Shown here one piece after another: positions 62,148 to 64,000 of a stretch of 64,000 bases of DNA. The notes under the pieces are model-generated. The model made no database searches, was not told where the DNA came from, and was given only the letters and a program-made list of their open reading frames with translations. The stretch comes from Patescibacteria group bacterium (GTDB lineage Bacteria > Patescibacteriota > Patescibacteriia > 2-12-FULL-57-11), in assembly GCA_004297205.1 (NCBI GenBank), contig SCUL01000001.1:93862-157861 (forward strand). Reading direction: 5' to 3'. Each line of letters starts with the position of its first letter. Position 1 is the stretch's first letter. The position numbers and the translations under genes were made by a program.

Positions 62148-63671
62148 CTATTTGAACGAGTCCGCGAACACCGGCGCGATCATGGTGTCGACCGGGACGT
62201 AATCGTCGGTCAGGACGAGCCCCTTCTTCTCCGTAACGAATCGGTCGAGCTCGTCGGCGGGAATCAGGTAGTGCATGCGCTCCCAAAGATCCGCGGCGTT
62301 CTCGCCGTCGATGCGCACGCCCGTGGGAGCGCTCCCCTTCCAGTCTCCCGGCAACTGCGCGTCGCTCGCCAGCACCACGAAGGTGTTGCGGCCTTTGTCC
62401 CGCCAGTTCTCGCCGAGCGGCAGCACCAGAACGGTGGCGAATTGCGCGCGCAGCGTTGCCACGGTCGAAGCCAGGAAGCGGCCGTGCCGCGCGTCGTCGA
62501 TGATGTTCACGGCGTACCAGCCGTCGGACGCGAGATGTTCCTTCACGAGTCCGTGGAACTCGCGCGTCGTCAGGTGGTACGGCACCGAGTAGTCGTTGAA
62601 GGCGTCGCCGAACACGAAGTCGTAGCTCTCGTCGGCGGGCATGCGCATCAAGGCGATGCGCGCGTCGCGGTTGACGCTGACGATGTCCGTGTCGCGCGGC
62701 AGGCCGAACCGTTCATGGACGATCTCGGTCACGCCGGGGTCGATTTCGAGCACCGTGTTCGCCGATCCGGGGTACTGCGCGGCGACGTACCGCGGCATGG
62801 TGTATCCCCCGCCGCCGATATAGAGCGCGCGCGGCGCCGCTTTGCCGACCGCGGCCATCAGCACGGCGTACACTTTCTCGTATTCGTACCCGAGCTCGCT
62901 CGGGTCGGTCTTGGAGACGTAGCTGTGCACGAGGTGGTCCAGACGCAGGATGGAAAAATCCTCCTGCTCGGTGACGCGGATGCAGTAATACTGCGTCTCG
63001 GCCGTGCACTGCGCCGGCAGGAACAGCGTCGAGATGAACAGCAACCCGGCGGCAGCGGATTTCTTGCCCGGTCGCAACCCCTGCGCGTGAACGAAGGCCG
63101 CGAGGAGCAAAAGCACCACCGCGGACAGACGCACGATGGTGGCCGTGCCGATGAGGTCGATCAGGACGAAGCCGGTCGTGAACGTGCCGAGGATGCTCCC
63201 CAGCGTGCCGAGCGCCGAGATGCGGCCGACCGTGCGCCCGGTCCGCGACAGGTCGGTCAGGTCGAACTTCACGACGAGCGGCGAGACGGCCCCGAGCAGG
63301 ATGCTCGCCGGCAGGAAGGTGAAGATGGAAAACACCAAGGCTGCGACCATCAACGGCAGCGGCGTAAACGTCAGGGTGTTGCCGAGCACCGGCACGATGA
63401 ACAGCACCAGGATGGTGGCGATACCGGCCGCGAAAAAAAGCACCGCCACATGCGCGCGCTTCAGCTCCGTGTCCGCCACTTTGCCGCCCAGCCAGGCGCC
63501 GATGCTGATGCCGGCCAGGATGACCCCGATGATGGCCGTCCAGGTGAAAATCGAGACGCCCAGGTACGGCGCCATGACCCGGCCGGCCACCAGCTCCAGC
63601 GTCATCAATACGAAACTCGCCAGGAAGACGATCGTCCCTCCGAAGCGCAAGGATTCCCTCCCCTGATCCAT
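62148..63671 (-). CDS. polytopic membrane domain fused to a spermidine-synthase-like (PABS) aminopropyltransferase domain
   Basis: N-terminal ~200 aa of TM helices, then LYIGGGGYTMPRYV...DFVFGDAFND, which are spermidine synthase family motifs. Confidence 0.7.
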   Translation of the reverse strand: MDQGRESLRFGGTIVFLASFVLMTLELVAGRVMAPYLGVSIFTWTAIIGVILAGISIGAWLGGKVADTELKRAHVAVLFFAAGIATILVLFIVPVLGNTLTFTPLPLMVAALVFSIFTFLPASILLGAVSPLVVKFDLTDLSRTGRTVGRISALGTLGSILGTFTTGFVLIDLIGTATIVRLSAVVLLLLAAFVHAQGLRPGKKSAAAGLLFISTLFLPAQCTAETQYYCIRVTEQEDFSILRLDHLVHSYVSKTDPSELGYEYEKVYAVLMAAVGKAAPRALYIGGGGYTMPRYVAAQYPGSANTVLEIDPGVTEIVHERFGLPRDTDIVSVNRDARIALMRMPADESYDFVFGDAFNDYSVPYHLTTREFHGLVKEHLASDGWYAVNIIDDARHGRFLASTVATLRAQFATVLVLPLGENWRDKGRNTFVVLASDAQLPGDWKGSAPTGVRIDGENAADLWERMHYLIPADELDRFVTEKKGLVLTDDYVPVDTMIAPVFADSFK

Positions 63672-63708
63672 AGAAACGCAAAGTCCGCTTTAAAAAGCGG
63701 ACTCGCCG

Positions 63709-63864
63709 TTACTTCGTTTCTTTGTGCACTTTGTGCGTCTTGCACCAGCGGCAGAACTTGGAAAGCTCGAGCCGGGCCTTGATGGTCTTCTTGTTCTTCT
63801 GGGAGTAGTAGCCAATCCGGTGGCATTGCGTGCACTCCATCTTGATCAGGTTGTCCTGGGACAT
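63709..63864 (-). CDS. rpmG: 50S ribosomal protein L33
   Basis: MSQDNLIKMECTQCHRIGYYSQKNKKTIKARLELSKFCRWCKTHKVHKETK is an L33 zinc ribbon. Start at the internal Met of the track ORF. Confidence 0.8.
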   Translation of the reverse strand: MSQDNLIKMECTQCHRIGYYSQKNKKTIKARLELSKFCRWCKTHKVHKETK

Positions 63865-63921
63865 ACGGGGGAAATTGAAAGCCGGGAAGAATGTATCAAA
63901 CCGGGCCGGGGCTGGCAAGGG

Positions 63922-64000
63922 TCAGGCGCTGTGCAGCTCGTCAAAGCCCTCAGCCATGCCCGGCGGTTCATAGACCGCGGCCATCCGGCGGATCAGGTCC
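63922..64000 (-). CDS. 3' end of an unidentified gene that continues beyond the window edge
   Basis: The reverse complement translates to ...DLIRRMAAVYEPPGMAEGFDELHSA* with protein-like composition. It is not in the ORF track because it is edge-truncated. Confidence 0.3.
   Translation of the reverse strand, partial: DLIRRMAAVYEPPGMAEGFDELHSA

Noticed and set aside
62064-63782. 572-aa plus-strand ORF
   Set aside because: It is antisense to the PABS-membrane fusion gene.

Overview
This 64-kb window is high-GC (~65%), gene-dense chromosomal DNA, with one clearly lower-GC, AT-richer segment at about 56.7-60.6 kb. Most genes are housekeeping: a purC-purE fusion, mraY, rpmA, pyrG, rplI, ribH/ribE and a kinase-only RibF, a Ctp protease, lexA, purB, dinB, a Dus dihydrouridine synthase, rlmN, pepF, hup, guaA, prs, an ABC exporter, rtcB, tRNA-Trp and rpmG. 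Between them are many hypothetical membrane and surface proteins: type IV pilin-like genes with a PilB/GspE ATPase, FG-GAP/VCBS repeat proteins, and DUF5671/DUF5667/DUF378-type genes. Ribosomal-protein genes sit singly with their own promoters and mraY lies outside any dcw cluster, which is typical of reduced Patescibacteria-like genomes.

The most interesting structures are:
1. A low-GC island next to a truncated tRNA-Trp direct repeat. It carries an XRE/ImmA regulator-protease pair with divergent promoters and a palindromic operator, a tight four-gene operon of small proteins (Cas2-like fold, DUF2188, zinc ribbon, stand-alone GIY-YIG nuclease), and a convergent type II methyltransferase with a putative PD-(D/E)xK endonuclease.
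2. A diverged tandem segmental duplication of the purB-dinB intergenic unit that also duplicates the first 18 codons of dinB.
3. Two alpha-proteobacterial-style GTTC-N7-GTTC direct-repeat boxes just upstream of lexA.
4. A Rieske-domain membrane protein next to a DM13-domain lipoprotein.
5. Two unusually long non-coding stretches (about 0.8 kb and 0.6 kb) that may hold structured RNAs.
6. A 2.7-kb FG-GAP gene broken by a single-nucleotide insertion.

Caveats: ORFs that run off the window edge are missing from the supplied track and were recovered by hand translation. Many long R/A/G-rich ORFs in the track are antisense or out-of-frame artefacts of real genes. Hand-indexed coordinates for non-ORF features are approximate (about +/-2 nt).
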